A stretch of 64,000 bases of DNA, from NCBI GenBank assembly GCA_029210725.1, contig JARGFM010000009.1, positions 39,253 through 103,252 on the forward strand. Direction: 5' to 3'. This document shows positions 10,600 through 21,106 of the stretch, piece by piece. Below the pieces are notes generated by a model, which worked only from the letters and a program-made list of their open reading frames with translations, ran no database searches and had not been told where the DNA came from. The translations under genes were made by a program, and so were the position numbers. Position 1 is the stretch's first letter. Each line of letters opens with the position of its first letter. This DNA is from Bacteroidales bacterium. GTDB lineage: Bacteria > Bacteroidota > Bacteroidia > Bacteroidales > GCA-2748055.

Positions 10600-11979
10600 C
10601 TAAAGCTCCAGGATCTTGATGTTCTTAAAACTTACCTCGTCTCCATGATCCTGGAGCAGGATATGTCCGCTCCCGGTCTCTCCGAATGCGGGCCAGTCAG
10701 CGTACTTGCTGGAGGCCACCAGCGCTTTCCACATCTGGGTCCCCCGCTCATACTCCACCACCTTGATCCCATTCAGGAAGTGTGCCACTCTGGCACCTTT
10801 TACCTCGATCCGGGCCCGGTTCCAGCTCCCGACCCCGTTAAAGCGCTTGGGGGTGTTGTCCTGCCCGTAAAGCAGTGCATCGGCCTTAATCAGGTCATAC
10901 AGGGAGGCAAGAGTCCGGTTTCCTGCAATACCCATTTTTGCATCGGGATGGTTCTTGTCATCCAGGATCTGGTATTCACATCCTATGGCCGAGCCGGCCC
11001 CGGTATTCAGATCGGGATCCACAAAGTATTTTATCCCGCTGTTGGCCCCCTCTGTGATCCTGAAGTCCACCTCCAGAATAAAATCCCTGTACTTCTTTAG
11101 GGTGACAATATCGCCGCCATTAGCCGATTCGCCCCCCCCGCTCTTTTGAACAGTCAGAAGACCATGCTCCAGACTCCATCCTTTTTCAGGAAAGCCATCC
11201 AGCCTGGCTCCTCTCCACCCCTGGCTGCTCTCCCCGTCCCACAGGAGTTTCCATCCTGCCTCCTGCTGACGGGGTGTAAGAAGATTGTCCAGGTAACTGA
11301 CTTCCGGGGATAACTCCACACCGGTAAGCATATGCTTTCCTGGTTCCTCTGTCAGTATCCGGATATTCCTCCAGCGGATCTCCTTACCTTCCAGACTCGA
11401 ATCATTTCCGATCCCATGCACCTGCAGGCCAATAATTCCTTCGCTGCGGGCATCATCCACCAGATTCGCAAAATTGACTCCGTTGATATAGGTCCGTATG
11501 GTGCTGCCTGCAGCTTCCACCCGGATCTTGTTCCATTCGCCGCGTTTGTTCGCTTCAGTCGCAGACATGCGGTACGACATGGGATAGAGCCAGCCCCTGG
11601 AAGCCTCCTCATAGATACCTCCTGCCCAGGGCCTGTTGTCGTGATCATCACACTCCACCTGGTAGCCATTGACCCTTTTCGAACCATCGGGCAGTTGGGC
11701 CACACTACGGAACTGCACCCCCGAATTGAGCCCGCGATCCATTTTCATTTCATACTCCAGGATAAAATCCCCGTATCGCTTTTTGGTAGCCAGAAAGGTA
11801 TTGGGTGTTCCTGTTTTTGACACCCCGATGATCTCTCCGTTCTCCACCCGGTACTCGGCCGATCCATCGAGCTTTTCCCAGCCTTTCAGGTTCTTCCCGT
11901 TAAACAGATTTTCCCATTCCTGGGCCTGCAGGTTGAGCGCTGCAGCCATTATTGCTGCTATCAGTATTCTACGTTTCAT
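10600..11979 (-). CDS. Secreted protein with two tandem DUF1080 (3-keto-disaccharide hydrolase-like) domains
   Basis: 459 aa with a signal peptide. Two copies of the DUF1080 pattern are present. The first is [16 protein letters not shown]...NSGVQFRS...[11 protein letters not shown]. The second is [15 protein letters not shown]...NSGIKYF...EYQILDD...[11 protein letters not shown]. Confidence 0.78.
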   Translation of the reverse strand: MKRRILIAAIMAAALNLQAQEWENLFNGKNLKGWEKLDGSAEYRVENGEIIGVSKTGTPNTFLATKKRYGDFILEYEMKMDRGLNSGVQFRSVAQLPDGSKRVNGYQVECDDHDNRPWAGGIYEEASRGWLYPMSYRMSATEANKRGEWNKIRVEAAGSTIRTYINGVNFANLVDDARSEGIIGLQVHGIGNDSSLEGKEIRWRNIRILTEEPGKHMLTGVELSPEVSYLDNLLTPRQQEAGWKLLWDGESSQGWRGARLDGFPEKGWSLEHGLLTVQKSGGGESANGGDIVTLKKYRDFILEVDFRITEGANSGIKYFVDPDLNTGAGSAIGCEYQILDDKNHPDAKMGIAGNRTLASLYDLIKADALLYGQDNTPKRFNGVGSWNRARIEVKGARVAHFLNGIKVVEYERGTQMWKALVASSKYADWPAFGETGSGHILLQDHGDEVSFKNIKILEL

Positions 11980-12014
11980 CTTGTTGATCTTATATCCCCA
12001 AAGACCCGGAGCTA

Positions 12015-13505
12015 CTATTCATAGGTCAACATGGGATTGGTGTAATAAATTTTTTGCCGGAACTCAAAATCATAGAGCGTTATCTCCCTCAGGCGGTAAT
12101 AGGACTCCCAGTAGTTTTCAATGGAACGGATATAATCTCTCTTGGCCCCCTCCCTTTCCTGCAAGGAAATATTCAGATCGGTGATACTGATCTCCCCGTT
12201 CTGGAACTTCTTCAAAGCAATTTCATAACCCTCCTCGGCCACCATATCGGCCGCCTCGGCAGTGGCAATTTGTGATTTGATCAGGTTAAACTGTTCCACC
12301 TGCACGACCACTCCCCGCTGAAAATCCTGCTTGTCCTGGTCCACATCATAGAGCACCAGCTCACGTTGTGACTCGGCCAGCTTCACTTTGGACTCGGATC
12401 GCCCCCAATCCATAATTGGCAAACTCAGCGAAAGAGCAATATTCTGCTGCTGCTCCGGATTCTCATAAATACCCCCGAATCTGTCCGCGCTGTTCGACAC
12501 CCCGTAACTCATATTCAGAGTGGCACCGACCCCGGCTTCGCGTTTGGCCCTGGTCAGTTCCTGGTCTGCCTGGATAAGCCTTCTCTGAAACTGCGGGGAC
12601 TCCTTCCTGTTTTCCATCGATTTTTTTAAGGCAACATCCGGGTCCACCTCCCACAGGAACATATCCAGGGGAATAATCAACTCTATCACCTTGCTCTGAT
12701 CCAGCCCGATATATTTCTTTAATTCGTAATCGGCATTTTTTAAATTGATCCGCGCATTATTCAGGGCTTTCTGAGCATTAAACACGGAGAGCTGAATCCT
12801 GGAGAAATCATTCTCAGAAATGCTACCCAGCTCCTTCTTCACTTTTGCTATCTTCAGGTTATCCTGACTGTTTGCCAGGTTGCTTTCGGCCAGGGAATAG
12901 TCGGTCTGTATCTTGAGATAGTTAAAAAAACGGGAGGTGGCATTGTAGGAGATCTCCTCGATGCTTTCAATAAACTGTTTTTGTGCCTCCTCATAAATCA
13001 GGGGTTCTATTTTACGCGACCACTTCATCCAGTTGTAGGCAAACAGGGGCTGCGTGATACCCACGCTTACCGGGACCCCTGAGAAGCCAACCGTGCTGTT
13101 ATTAAAATCCTGCAGCCGGACAATTCCCGATGCGGCATAAACGTAAGCTCCAAGCTGGGGAATCGGCTGACTGATAGCCAGTTGCGCAGAGGTCTCCAAC
13201 TGTGTAACCTGGTTGAAAATAACACTTCCATCGGGCTGAATAATGGGTTTTGTCTGGTTTTCAAAATCAGGCAGATTGCCCGAAAGTGTGAGTTGAGGAC
13301 GAAATCGTGTCTGGTGGTTCTTCCAGCGCCAATAGTAATTTACATCGCGGTTCTGTACATACTTTACCGAAGAGGACTGGGATATGGCCATATCCACCAC
13401 ATTACGAAGACTGAGGGAAACGTGTTCGGCATCCTGCGCAATGGTCCGCATGGATGCACAAAACAATAGAAAAACCGTTGATCCGAGAATATAGTTTCCT
13501 TTCAT
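12015..13505 (-). CDS. TolC-family outer membrane efflux protein
   Basis: 496 aa with a signal peptide and the two-repeat, coiled-coil-rich organisation of OEP-family proteins. Its start overlaps the stop of the upstream adaptor by 1 nt (TAATG at 13505). Confidence 0.8.
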   Translation of the reverse strand: MKGNYILGSTVFLLFCASMRTIAQDAEHVSLSLRNVVDMAISQSSSVKYVQNRDVNYYWRWKNHQTRFRPQLTLSGNLPDFENQTKPIIQPDGSVIFNQVTQLETSAQLAISQPIPQLGAYVYAASGIVRLQDFNNSTVGFSGVPVSVGITQPLFAYNWMKWSRKIEPLIYEEAQKQFIESIEEISYNATSRFFNYLKIQTDYSLAESNLANSQDNLKIAKVKKELGSISENDFSRIQLSVFNAQKALNNARINLKNADYELKKYIGLDQSKVIELIIPLDMFLWEVDPDVALKKSMENRKESPQFQRRLIQADQELTRAKREAGVGATLNMSYGVSNSADRFGGIYENPEQQQNIALSLSLPIMDWGRSESKVKLAESQRELVLYDVDQDKQDFQRGVVVQVEQFNLIKSQIATAEAADMVAEEGYEIALKKFQNGEISITDLNISLQEREGAKRDYIRSIENYWESYYRLREITLYDFEFRQKIYYTNPMLTYE

Positions 13506-14719
13506 TACCTGACCTCCAGTGTTTCCATGTCCTTCAGGGAGGAAAAATCAGAAAGAACCACCCGCTCACCTTCAGAAAGCCCATCGAGAACCTCCACATA
13601 CTCCTCGGTCCGGAGTCCGGTCCTGATCATACGTTCAACCACATTCCCATTCTGCAACACATACACCTGCTGCTCCTCCCCCCGGCTCAGGGCCGGACCG
13701 TTATGGATCCTTAATACGCTATCGCGTTCTGCAATAACAACTTCCAGACTCACATTCAGATTTGGCCGCAATTTATAATGATTGCTTTCCCTCAGGTTCA
13801 CGTCAAATTCAATCATCCGGTCCCGGATCACCGGATTGACGGTCCCCACCACTCCCGTCAGTTTTTCATTATCCAGTTCCACATAAACCCTGGTGCCTGT
13901 TTTTATTTGTTCAGAATAGTCATCATCCACTTTACCCTGAATCTTGAAATTGGTCAGGTCCGACATTTCAACCAGCAGCCTGTCTTTATCGACCTTTTCG
14001 CCAACCTTACCCCTTACCGAAAGAATGATCCCGGCGGAAGGGGCCCGGATAATCATCTTGCTCAGTTCCCCTTCTTTTACAGCCAGCTCCTTCTCCTGCA
14101 TTTCGATCTGCAGTCTTAATCCCTCCTCATCGGCTTCCAACTGCTGAAGCTTGATGGAGTTCTTCTCCTGAAGCATCACCAGGTCCTGTTCGGCCAGTTC
14201 CAGTTCCTGCTTTGTCTGTTCAAATTTCGCCGGGGAGATTCCTCCAACCTCCAGAAGCTGTTCCTGATCGGCCAGCTCAGATTTCAGGGAGGCGATCCTG
14301 AGTTTCTTCACCTGCACATTATAATCCAGATCCACCCTGGTGCTCCGGGCATTCAGCCGGTTTTTCCTCAAAGAGTTTTGCTTCACCTCGAGCTGGTCCT
14401 GGATATTCTCAACCTGAGACTGTATCGGTGAAGGATCCAGGATAATGATAGGTTCACCTTCGTTCACATGGTTACCTACTTCCTTAAGGATCTCCTTAAT
14501 AATGCTGGAGGCGGGACTCAGGATAATGACCTCGCTATGAGGTTCCACCACGCCTTCTCCCGGAAAAGACCGCACCACCTTGCCGACCTCCACGGTACTG
14601 ATTTGAACATCTTGCTTCACAGAAGAATCCCTGTTAAAAGGAAGAAACACCAAAACGACAATAGCAGCCATCAGGATCAATGGTACACTTATATATATTC
14701 CATTTCGAACTCCTGACAT
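13505..14719 (-). CDS. Efflux periplasmic adaptor (membrane fusion protein, MacA/HlyD_D23-like)
   Basis: 404 aa with an N-terminal TM anchor. It has a lipoyl-like segment (GNHVNEGEPIIILD), a long coiled coil (QEQLLEVGGISPAKFEQTKQELELAEQDLVMLQ) and a C-terminal beta-barrel. Confidence 0.8.
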   Translation of the reverse strand: MSGVRNGIYISVPLILMAAIVVLVFLPFNRDSSVKQDVQISTVEVGKVVRSFPGEGVVEPHSEVIILSPASSIIKEILKEVGNHVNEGEPIIILDPSPIQSQVENIQDQLEVKQNSLRKNRLNARSTRVDLDYNVQVKKLRIASLKSELADQEQLLEVGGISPAKFEQTKQELELAEQDLVMLQEKNSIKLQQLEADEEGLRLQIEMQEKELAVKEGELSKMIIRAPSAGIILSVRGKVGEKVDKDRLLVEMSDLTNFKIQGKVDDDYSEQIKTGTRVYVELDNEKLTGVVGTVNPVIRDRMIEFDVNLRESNHYKLRPNLNVSLEVVIAERDSVLRIHNGPALSRGEEQQVYVLQNGNVVERMIRTGLRTEEYVEVLDGLSEGERVVLSDFSSLKDMETLEVR

Positions 14720-14881
14720 GGTGGGGTATAATTAAGAGCTTGTTAAAATGAGGACGCAAGTTATAAAACATCTGCTAAAATTTACAGCTTCTTCACCAAT
14801 TACTGTTTTCTCTACTGTTCTAAAAGAAGATAAGCAGACAGGCCAGCTGTAAGGGCAGGGCCAGAAGACTGTTTCGTGAAA

Positions 14882-16192
14882 TCACATTTCAGCCTGTTTT
14901 GAAAGGGCCGACCTCAGAGGGTTCAATACCCGCTCAAGCAGCCTTTTTTTATCGGTCAGGATCTCTGCATCTCCCTGCATATTCTGACTGAAAAGAATCT
15001 CGTAATCGTAATATGAACGAAGCCCGTCGGGCAGTTCCACCTCGACCGTGTAAAAATCATCATCTGAAACCCCGGAAATATTGCTCACAAAGCCTTTGAC
15101 CATGCCATATTCCAGGTGCGGGAAATTATCAAACTGAATGTTGACCTGGTTTCCCACATTTACCTTTCCTGCTCCCTCCAGGGGAAGGCTGATCTTGCCG
15201 ATCATCGAGCCTGATTCGGCCGGTATGATGGTTAGTACCTTCTCACCCTGCCTGACATTCTGATTTTCACTCCAGAAGCGGGTAAATGTAACCGTTCCGT
15301 CCACCGGGGCCACCAGGAGATAAGTCTGCTCCCAGGAGGTGATAGCAGCCTTCAGATTGCTGTATGCCTCCCCCAGTGCCGAGATCATTCCGGAACGCTC
15401 CTCCTGCTGCTTCAGCTCCAGGTCCACAATCTGGTTCTCGGTCCTGGAAATACTGATATTATTTTCGGCCATCAGGCTGATAATCTCCTGACGCTTATTT
15501 CGTTCATTAAGCATCTCCGAGCGCGACTCTTCGAGTTCCGAGGCAGAGATGACCCCCTCCTCGAACAAAGAAGCGTCCCTGTTGAACTGTCGCAGGGCCA
15601 GTTCATAGGCCTGCTCCTGGATCGCGATTCTCTCCGACAGGCTCCGGGTGTATTCCCGCTGCTTCTCAAGCTCGGTACGGGCGGTCTCCACCTTTCTCTG
15701 ATGATAATCAATCCTTCTGAACTCCATATAATCGCGGTAAACCTTCAGAAACATGGAATAATGCGTCTGAATGGTACCCAGCTTCACATTTTTCATCTCG
15801 GTCAGATCTTCGGTGATCGCTTCGATGGCTATGGTATCAAGAAATAACAGGCTGTTCTTCAGCTGAACCACATCGTCATAAACGGCGGGATTTTCAATCA
15901 TAGCCAACACCGTTCCATTTTTAACCAACTGGTTGTTAACGACATACAATCCAACTATCTTTCCGCTGCTTCTGGCCTTCAGGTCGGCCGGGGGATTCAC
16001 GGAAGTAACCACAATCCTGGCCTTTTTAATATCGGGATACCTGAAAATCCAGCTTCCCAGGAGCAGAAGCACCAGGAGAAAAACGAAGAGGATCATCCCG
16101 TTCCTGGTAATCCATCCGGGAACCCTTCCCAGCATATCTTCCACCTCATTGGAATGAAGTTCGACTTGACGGACTGATCCCTTTTTAGCCAT
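14882..16192 (-). CDS. HlyD-family secretion adaptor (type usually paired with peptidase-domain ABC exporters)
   Basis: 436 aa with a single N-terminal TM helix (ILFVFLLVLLLLGSWIF). It has a lipoyl-like hairpin (VKNGTVLAMIENP), an extended coiled coil and a C-terminal barrel. Confidence 0.8.
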   Translation of the reverse strand: MAKKGSVRQVELHSNEVEDMLGRVPGWITRNGMILFVFLLVLLLLGSWIFRYPDIKKARIVVTSVNPPADLKARSSGKIVGLYVVNNQLVKNGTVLAMIENPAVYDDVVQLKNSLLFLDTIAIEAITEDLTEMKNVKLGTIQTHYSMFLKVYRDYMEFRRIDYHQRKVETARTELEKQREYTRSLSERIAIQEQAYELALRQFNRDASLFEEGVISASELEESRSEMLNERNKRQEIISLMAENNISISRTENQIVDLELKQQEERSGMISALGEAYSNLKAAITSWEQTYLLVAPVDGTVTFTRFWSENQNVRQGEKVLTIIPAESGSMIGKISLPLEGAGKVNVGNQVNIQFDNFPHLEYGMVKGFVSNISGVSDDDFYTVEVELPDGLRSYYDYEILFSQNMQGDAEILTDKKRLLERVLNPLRSALSKQAEM

Positions 16193-16284
16193 GATTACGT
16201 AAATTGATCGGGGCTAATATAGCAAAAATGGAGATTATATTCCTGAAAGAATCAATTGATTATATTTGCGCAAACCTTAAGATA

Positions 16285-17946
16285 ATGAACGTGAGAAACG
16301 GAACAGGGCTCCTCCTGTTGTGCTGTATTTACCTCTTTACTCCGCTTTCCTGTGATACCCCGTCCTACTGCTTTACAGAGGTATCCTCCGAAGCCGGTGT
16401 TGATTTTATGTACAACTTCGGCGACTATAGCTATGAAAACATCCTGGAGAGCAGTGGTTCGGGAGTGACCGTTTTTGACTATGACGGAGACGGCTGGATG
16501 GACCTGTATATGATGAACGGAACCTGGCTGGAAGGAATCTCGGATGAGGAGGGTAGAATCTTTGAAAACACCCCTAACCGGCTCTACCACAACCAGGGGG
16601 ACGGTACCTTTAAAGAGGTTTCGGAAAAAGCAGGTCTGGATAACCGTCAATGGAGCATGGCGGCAGGACCGGTCGATATAGACCAGGACGGGGACCAGGA
16701 CCTCTACCTGCTTAACTACGGTCCCAATGTATTCTACCGGAACAACGGGGACGGCACCTTCTCCGATATCACTGATAAACTTCGACTGGCCGGACCCGAC
16801 AGCCTGAACGGTTTTCCTAAATGGAGCGTGGGCGTTTCATTCTGGGACTATAACCTGGATGGCAGGCTGGATGCTTTTGTAGGCAATTTCCTGGCCTTTG
16901 ATCCCGGATATGTCTCCCCGGTCACACCGGAATTGATGCCACATCCTTCGGAATATAAGGGACAGGCCTCCCTGATGTACCGGCAGCAGGAAGACGGCAG
17001 CTTTCTGGAAGTTACCGAAGAGCTGGGACTTCTTTATCCCGAATCGATGTGCATGGGCCTGACCGTTTATGATTATGACCGGGATGGTGATCTGGATATG
17101 TTCCAGGGCAACGACCACCAGGCAAACTTTATGTTTCGCAACGACGGGGGCTCTTTCAGTGAAGTGGGAGTGGAGATTGGTGTGGCCGTAAACAGTCACG
17201 GACAAACAACGGGTTCCATGCACGGGGCCATCGGGGATGTGGACGGTGACGGACTCATCGATCTGCTGGTGCCCGACCTGCGCTACGGTGCCTTGTACCG
17301 CAATCTGGGGAACGGAACCTTCGGGGACATTACCGGGCAGAGTGGTATCGCAGGCGCCTTTGCAGGGAAGGGACAATGGGCTTCGGCTCTCTTTGACTAT
17401 GATAACGACGGCGATCTGGATCTCTTTTCTGCCAATGGCAACGGCGAAGAGCTGATCCTGCAGTATCCCCTTCTGATGGAGAATGACGGGGAGGGACGTT
17501 TTACCGATGTGGGTATGAAACTCAGCCCCTACTTCAAAGAGAAACGCTCCGGACGGGCTGCGGCCATCTGGGATTATGATAATGATGGTGATCTGGATAT
17601 TATTGTGTCGCATGTGGACCTGAAAGCCAATGCGGTTTTGCTCCGAAACGACTGCAATAACGCAAACCACTGGATCGGGCTTACCCTGGAGGGGGAACAT
17701 GGGGCCGCGGCGGCCATAGGTGCCACCTTGGTGGTCCACCGGGAAGAGAAGAAGTCCGTCCATATTAACCAGTGGACCACCACCTACCTCTCCAGCAGCG
17801 ATCCCAGGCTCCATATCGGCCTGGGCAAGAATCCAAAGATTGACAGCCTGGAAATCAACTGGTCCGATGGAACCCGGGAGATCTTCCCGGGACCCGCACC
17901 GGACAGTTATTACACCCTCCGGCAGGGATACGGGATTGTTGAATGA
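16285..17946 (+). CDS. CRTAC1-family protein (FG-GAP/VCBS repeats + ASPIC/UnbV C-terminal domain), lipoprotein
   Basis: I take the start at ATG 16285, because the track ORF begins at an upstream TTG. The lipobox is LFTPLSC. Repeated Ca-binding loops are DYDGDGWMDLY, DIDQDGDQDLY, DYDRDGDLDMF, DVDGDGLIDLL, DYDNDGDLDLF and DYDNDGDLDII. The C-terminus is NHWIGLTLEG...YLSSSDPRLHIGLG...INWSDG. Confidence 0.8.
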   Translation: MNVRNGTGLLLLCCIYLFTPLSCDTPSYCFTEVSSEAGVDFMYNFGDYSYENILESSGSGVTVFDYDGDGWMDLYMMNGTWLEGISDEEGRIFENTPNRLYHNQGDGTFKEVSEKAGLDNRQWSMAAGPVDIDQDGDQDLYLLNYGPNVFYRNNGDGTFSDITDKLRLAGPDSLNGFPKWSVGVSFWDYNLDGRLDAFVGNFLAFDPGYVSPVTPELMPHPSEYKGQASLMYRQQEDGSFLEVTEELGLLYPESMCMGLTVYDYDRDGDLDMFQGNDHQANFMFRNDGGSFSEVGVEIGVAVNSHGQTTGSMHGAIGDVDGDGLIDLLVPDLRYGALYRNLGNGTFGDITGQSGIAGAFAGKGQWASALFDYDNDGDLDLFSANGNGEELILQYPLLMENDGEGRFTDVGMKLSPYFKEKRSGRAAAIWDYDNDGDLDIIVSHVDLKANAVLLRNDCNNANHWIGLTLEGEHGAAAAIGATLVVHREEKKSVHINQWTTTYLSSSDPRLHIGLGKNPKIDSLEINWSDGTREIFPGPAPDSYYTLRQGYGIVE

Positions 17947-18053
17947 TTTTACACAGTGTTAAAATAGGTTAAAAGGCCCCATGTTTTTCAATATCCGGGC
18001 CCTATTTAGAATACTTCTTTACTATATTTAAGCCCGAAACCTAAACTATATCT

Positions 18054-19715
18054 ATGAAACTTGCACCATGGACCCTCGTGTCAGCTTTCATCCTATTTAT
18101 GGCAGGATGCCAGTCGCCCGGCAAAAAGATCAGGGAGTCTGAACAAATCAGGGCCACTGTTCCCGAGGACAACGGGGATTTTATCCAGAAGATCTCTCCC
18201 GACAACGGAATCAATTTCAAGCACAGCATTGGCGACCATCATATGGACAACCTGGTGGAAACCGTCGGTGGGGGTGCCGTGTTCCTCGATTACGATAAAG
18301 ACGGTTTCCTGGATCTCTACATGAGCAATGGCTCTTATACCGAGGGGCTTAGCGAAGGAGAACATGATGGAAAAGTACATACCAACCAACTGTTCAGAAA
18401 TAAGGGAGACGGTACTTTCGAGGATGTAACCAAAAAAGCCGGTGTGGGAGATACGGGTTATGGCATGGGCATGACCGTGGGGGATATCAACAACGACGGT
18501 TATCCCGAAATCTATATCACCAACTTCGGTCCCAATGTGCTCTACCTGAACAATGGGAACGGAACCTTCACGGATATCAGTGAAAAAGCGGGTGTGGCTG
18601 GTAACGAGTGCAGTGTGGGTGCTGTTTGGCTGGACTATGATAACGACGGACTGCTGGACCTCTATGTGGGCAACTACATTAAATACGACCCGGATTACGG
18701 TTACTTTTACGAACCGGACGGATTTCCAGGTCCCATGGCCTATGACGGCCAGATCGATGCGCTGTATCATAATCTGGGCGGCAATACATTTGAAAATGTA
18801 ACCGAAGACATGGGGATCGCCAATCCGGATGGCCGGGCCATGGGGGTGGGTGCAGCCGATTTCGACGGAGATGGCTGGGTCGATATCTTCGTCGCAAATG
18901 ACCATATGGTCAATAATATCTACCATAACCTGGAAGGCAAAGGCTTTGTGGATCAAGGAACCCAGACAGGGATGGCCTTTAACCAGGCCGGGGAGGCCAC
19001 CATCTCCATGTCCGTGGACTTTGCCGACTATAATGGCGACGGCCTGATCGATGTCTTTATGTCGGACGATACCTATTGCTCTCTTTACCAGAATCAGGGC
19101 GGAGGTGTTTTCAGGGATATGGCCTACCCTTCGGGCATCTCCATGGCCGCAGCCCAGCATGTGGGCTGGTCTTCTTCCTTTATTGATTATGACAACGATG
19201 GAAGGGTGGATCTGTTTAAGGCCAATGGTGAGCTGAAGCACCTCTACGGGCAGGAGGATCAGATATTCAAAAATATGGACGGGGAAAAGTTTGTGGATAT
19301 CTCCGTGGAACTGGGAGCCTACTTCCAGGAAGAGAACGTGGGGCGGGGCGCCTGCTTTGGCGATTACGACAACGATGGGGATCTGGATGGCTACGTGGTC
19401 AACCTGGACAATTATGGCTCATTCCTGCGCAACAACCGTGGTAATGAGAACAACTGGATCACCTTTGAGCTGATTGGCACCCTGAGCAATCGGGATGCCA
19501 TTGGTGCCCTGGTGAAAATTTCAGCAGGCGACAGGGAACAGGTAGGGGTCAGAAGAAGTACCACCGGTTACCTTTCTCAGAACGATCACCGGTTGCATTT
19601 TGGACTGGGCGATGCCGAAACTGTTGATTTTGTAGAGGTCAAATGGCCCTCCGGTAAAGTACAACGGATTGAAAATCCGGAAATCAACCAGATCCTTAGC
19701 ATCACAGAAGAATGA
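18054..19715 (+). CDS. CRTAC1-family protein (FG-GAP/VCBS + ASPIC/UnbV), lipoprotein; tandem paralog of 16285..17946
   Basis: 553 aa with lipobox FMAGC and the same repeat series (DYDKDGFLDLY, DINNDGYPEIY, DYDNDGLLDLY, DFDGDGWVDIF, DYNGDGLIDVF, DYDNDGRVDLF, DYDNDGDLDGY). The C-terminus is NNWITFELIG...YLSQNDHRLHFGLG...VKWPSG. Confidence 0.8.
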   Translation: MKLAPWTLVSAFILFMAGCQSPGKKIRESEQIRATVPEDNGDFIQKISPDNGINFKHSIGDHHMDNLVETVGGGAVFLDYDKDGFLDLYMSNGSYTEGLSEGEHDGKVHTNQLFRNKGDGTFEDVTKKAGVGDTGYGMGMTVGDINNDGYPEIYITNFGPNVLYLNNGNGTFTDISEKAGVAGNECSVGAVWLDYDNDGLLDLYVGNYIKYDPDYGYFYEPDGFPGPMAYDGQIDALYHNLGGNTFENVTEDMGIANPDGRAMGVGAADFDGDGWVDIFVANDHMVNNIYHNLEGKGFVDQGTQTGMAFNQAGEATISMSVDFADYNGDGLIDVFMSDDTYCSLYQNQGGGVFRDMAYPSGISMAAAQHVGWSSSFIDYDNDGRVDLFKANGELKHLYGQEDQIFKNMDGEKFVDISVELGAYFQEENVGRGACFGDYDNDGDLDGYVVNLDNYGSFLRNNRGNENNWITFELIGTLSNRDAIGALVKISAGDREQVGVRRSTTGYLSQNDHRLHFGLGDAETVDFVEVKWPSGKVQRIENPEINQILSITEE

Positions 19716-21091
19716 ACAAACGAATGAACAGAAGCGGCAAATGGCTGAGAATTTTCAGGCTGGCTGTTTACGCCGGTCTGGCCGGTTTGGCCGGTTTCTC
19801 CTGCAGTGGCAATAAGTTTGAGGAAAAAGTTATCGCGGTGGAACTGGATGGCCTGCCCGGAACCCTGGAAGGGGCACAGCTGGTGCTTCTGGATCCCGCA
19901 GACAAGGAGAAGGACTCCAGGGCCCTGCTGAGTGATTTTGAAAGCAGCGCCTCGCCCTCCCTCTCCCACGAGGGACGCTACCTTTATTTCCAGGGACGGA
20001 AGAAAGAAGGCGATCCCTGGCAGATCTGGGTTTTGGACCTTAAAAAAGGAAAGGTAAGCCGCGTAAGCAATCTGCCTGAGAACTGCACTCATCCGGCCTC
20101 TCTGCCCGACGGCAGCGTGGTTTTCAGCCGGGAAGGCGAAGTCCGGGGTAAAAAGGTCCGGAACCTCTGGAAGTGTATGATGGATGGTTGCTGCCTGACA
20201 CAACTCACCCACCATCCGGCAGAAAACATCTATTCCAGTGTACTCCGGGAAGGCCGCATCCTGTACTCCAGCCGGCAGGTATACCCGGAAAACCGGGAAG
20301 CACAGCTCTTGATCATGCGCCCCGACGGAACCAAGTCAGAACTTTACAGCCCCGGCTGCTGCGGCTTGCTTCCCGTGAGCGGGGGACTGGAATCAGCGGA
20401 TGGCTATATTTATTTTATCAGTTCGGACGAACAGGTGAGCAGGGTGCTGCACCGCCGTCCGCTGCACAGCTTTGAGAACCTGTCCGGAGAGCTGGGTGGA
20501 AGTTTTGCCTCGGTCACCCCGATGGCTGACAGCTCCTGCCTGGTCAGCTATCTGCCGGTTGACGGCGACCGTTACGGCCTGTACCAGTTCGATCCCCGCC
20601 GTCCGGGAAAACCCGAAGCCCTTTTCCTTGGAGATAAACATCTGGTGGATCCGCTGGTAGTTTCCAGGGTGGAACCCCGTCCGAAGATCCTGCCCAGCCC
20701 GGTGGATCCTGCAAATCCCACCGCCATTTTGATGACCCAGAATATCAACCACAGCATGCTGCCGGTAAATGAAGGGATCACCGGAGACAGTCTGGCCGAC
20801 CGCATCCGTATTTCAACCCTGGAGGGTGAGCTGGCCGTGGTGGAGGCCAGGGACGATGGATCGGTCTACCTGAAACTGGATGCGGATACTCCCTTTTACA
20901 TGGAAACCCTGAACAACCAGGGAGAGATCGTGCGGGGACCCTCCGACTGGATATATCTGCGACCCAATGAGCGCAGGGCCTGTACAGGCTGCCATGTGGA
21001 CCCGGAACTGGCCCCCCGGAACTACCAGCCTCACGCGATCAAAGAAGACCCGGTGATACTGGCAAGCCAACAAAAAGAAGCAAGGCAATAA
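19712..21091 (+). CDS. TolB/PD40-like beta-propeller lipoprotein with C-terminal CXXCH heme-c motif (HzsA-related-like)
   Basis: 459 aa with a signal/lipobox (LAGFSCSG). PD40-like segments are SLSHEGRYLYFQG, ASLPDGSVVFS and IMRPDGTKSELY. The C-terminal DGSVYLKLDADTPFYMETLNNQGEIVRGPSDWIYLRPNERRACTGCH contains CTGCH at 20981..20995. The start overlaps the previous stop (ATGA, 19712..19715). Confidence 0.55.
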   Translation: MNKRMNRSGKWLRIFRLAVYAGLAGLAGFSCSGNKFEEKVIAVELDGLPGTLEGAQLVLLDPADKEKDSRALLSDFESSASPSLSHEGRYLYFQGRKKEGDPWQIWVLDLKKGKVSRVSNLPENCTHPASLPDGSVVFSREGEVRGKKVRNLWKCMMDGCCLTQLTHHPAENIYSSVLREGRILYSSRQVYPENREAQLLIMRPDGTKSELYSPGCCGLLPVSGGLESADGYIYFISSDEQVSRVLHRRPLHSFENLSGELGGSFASVTPMADSSCLVSYLPVDGDRYGLYQFDPRRPGKPEALFLGDKHLVDPLVVSRVEPRPKILPSPVDPANPTAILMTQNINHSMLPVNEGITGDSLADRIRISTLEGELAVVEARDDGSVYLKLDADTPFYMETLNNQGEIVRGPSDWIYLRPNERRACTGCHVDPELAPRNYQPHAIKEDPVILASQQKEARQ

Positions 21092-21106
21092 GAGAGGAGG
21101 CAGAAA

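Noticed and set aside
16837-19241. Long minus-strand ORFs (16837..17814, 325 aa; 18093..19241, 382 aa)
   Set aside because: They are antisense to the two CRTAC1 genes. The repetitive GAY-rich codons of the D-x-D-x-D-G repeats keep the opposite strand open, and I recognised no motifs.
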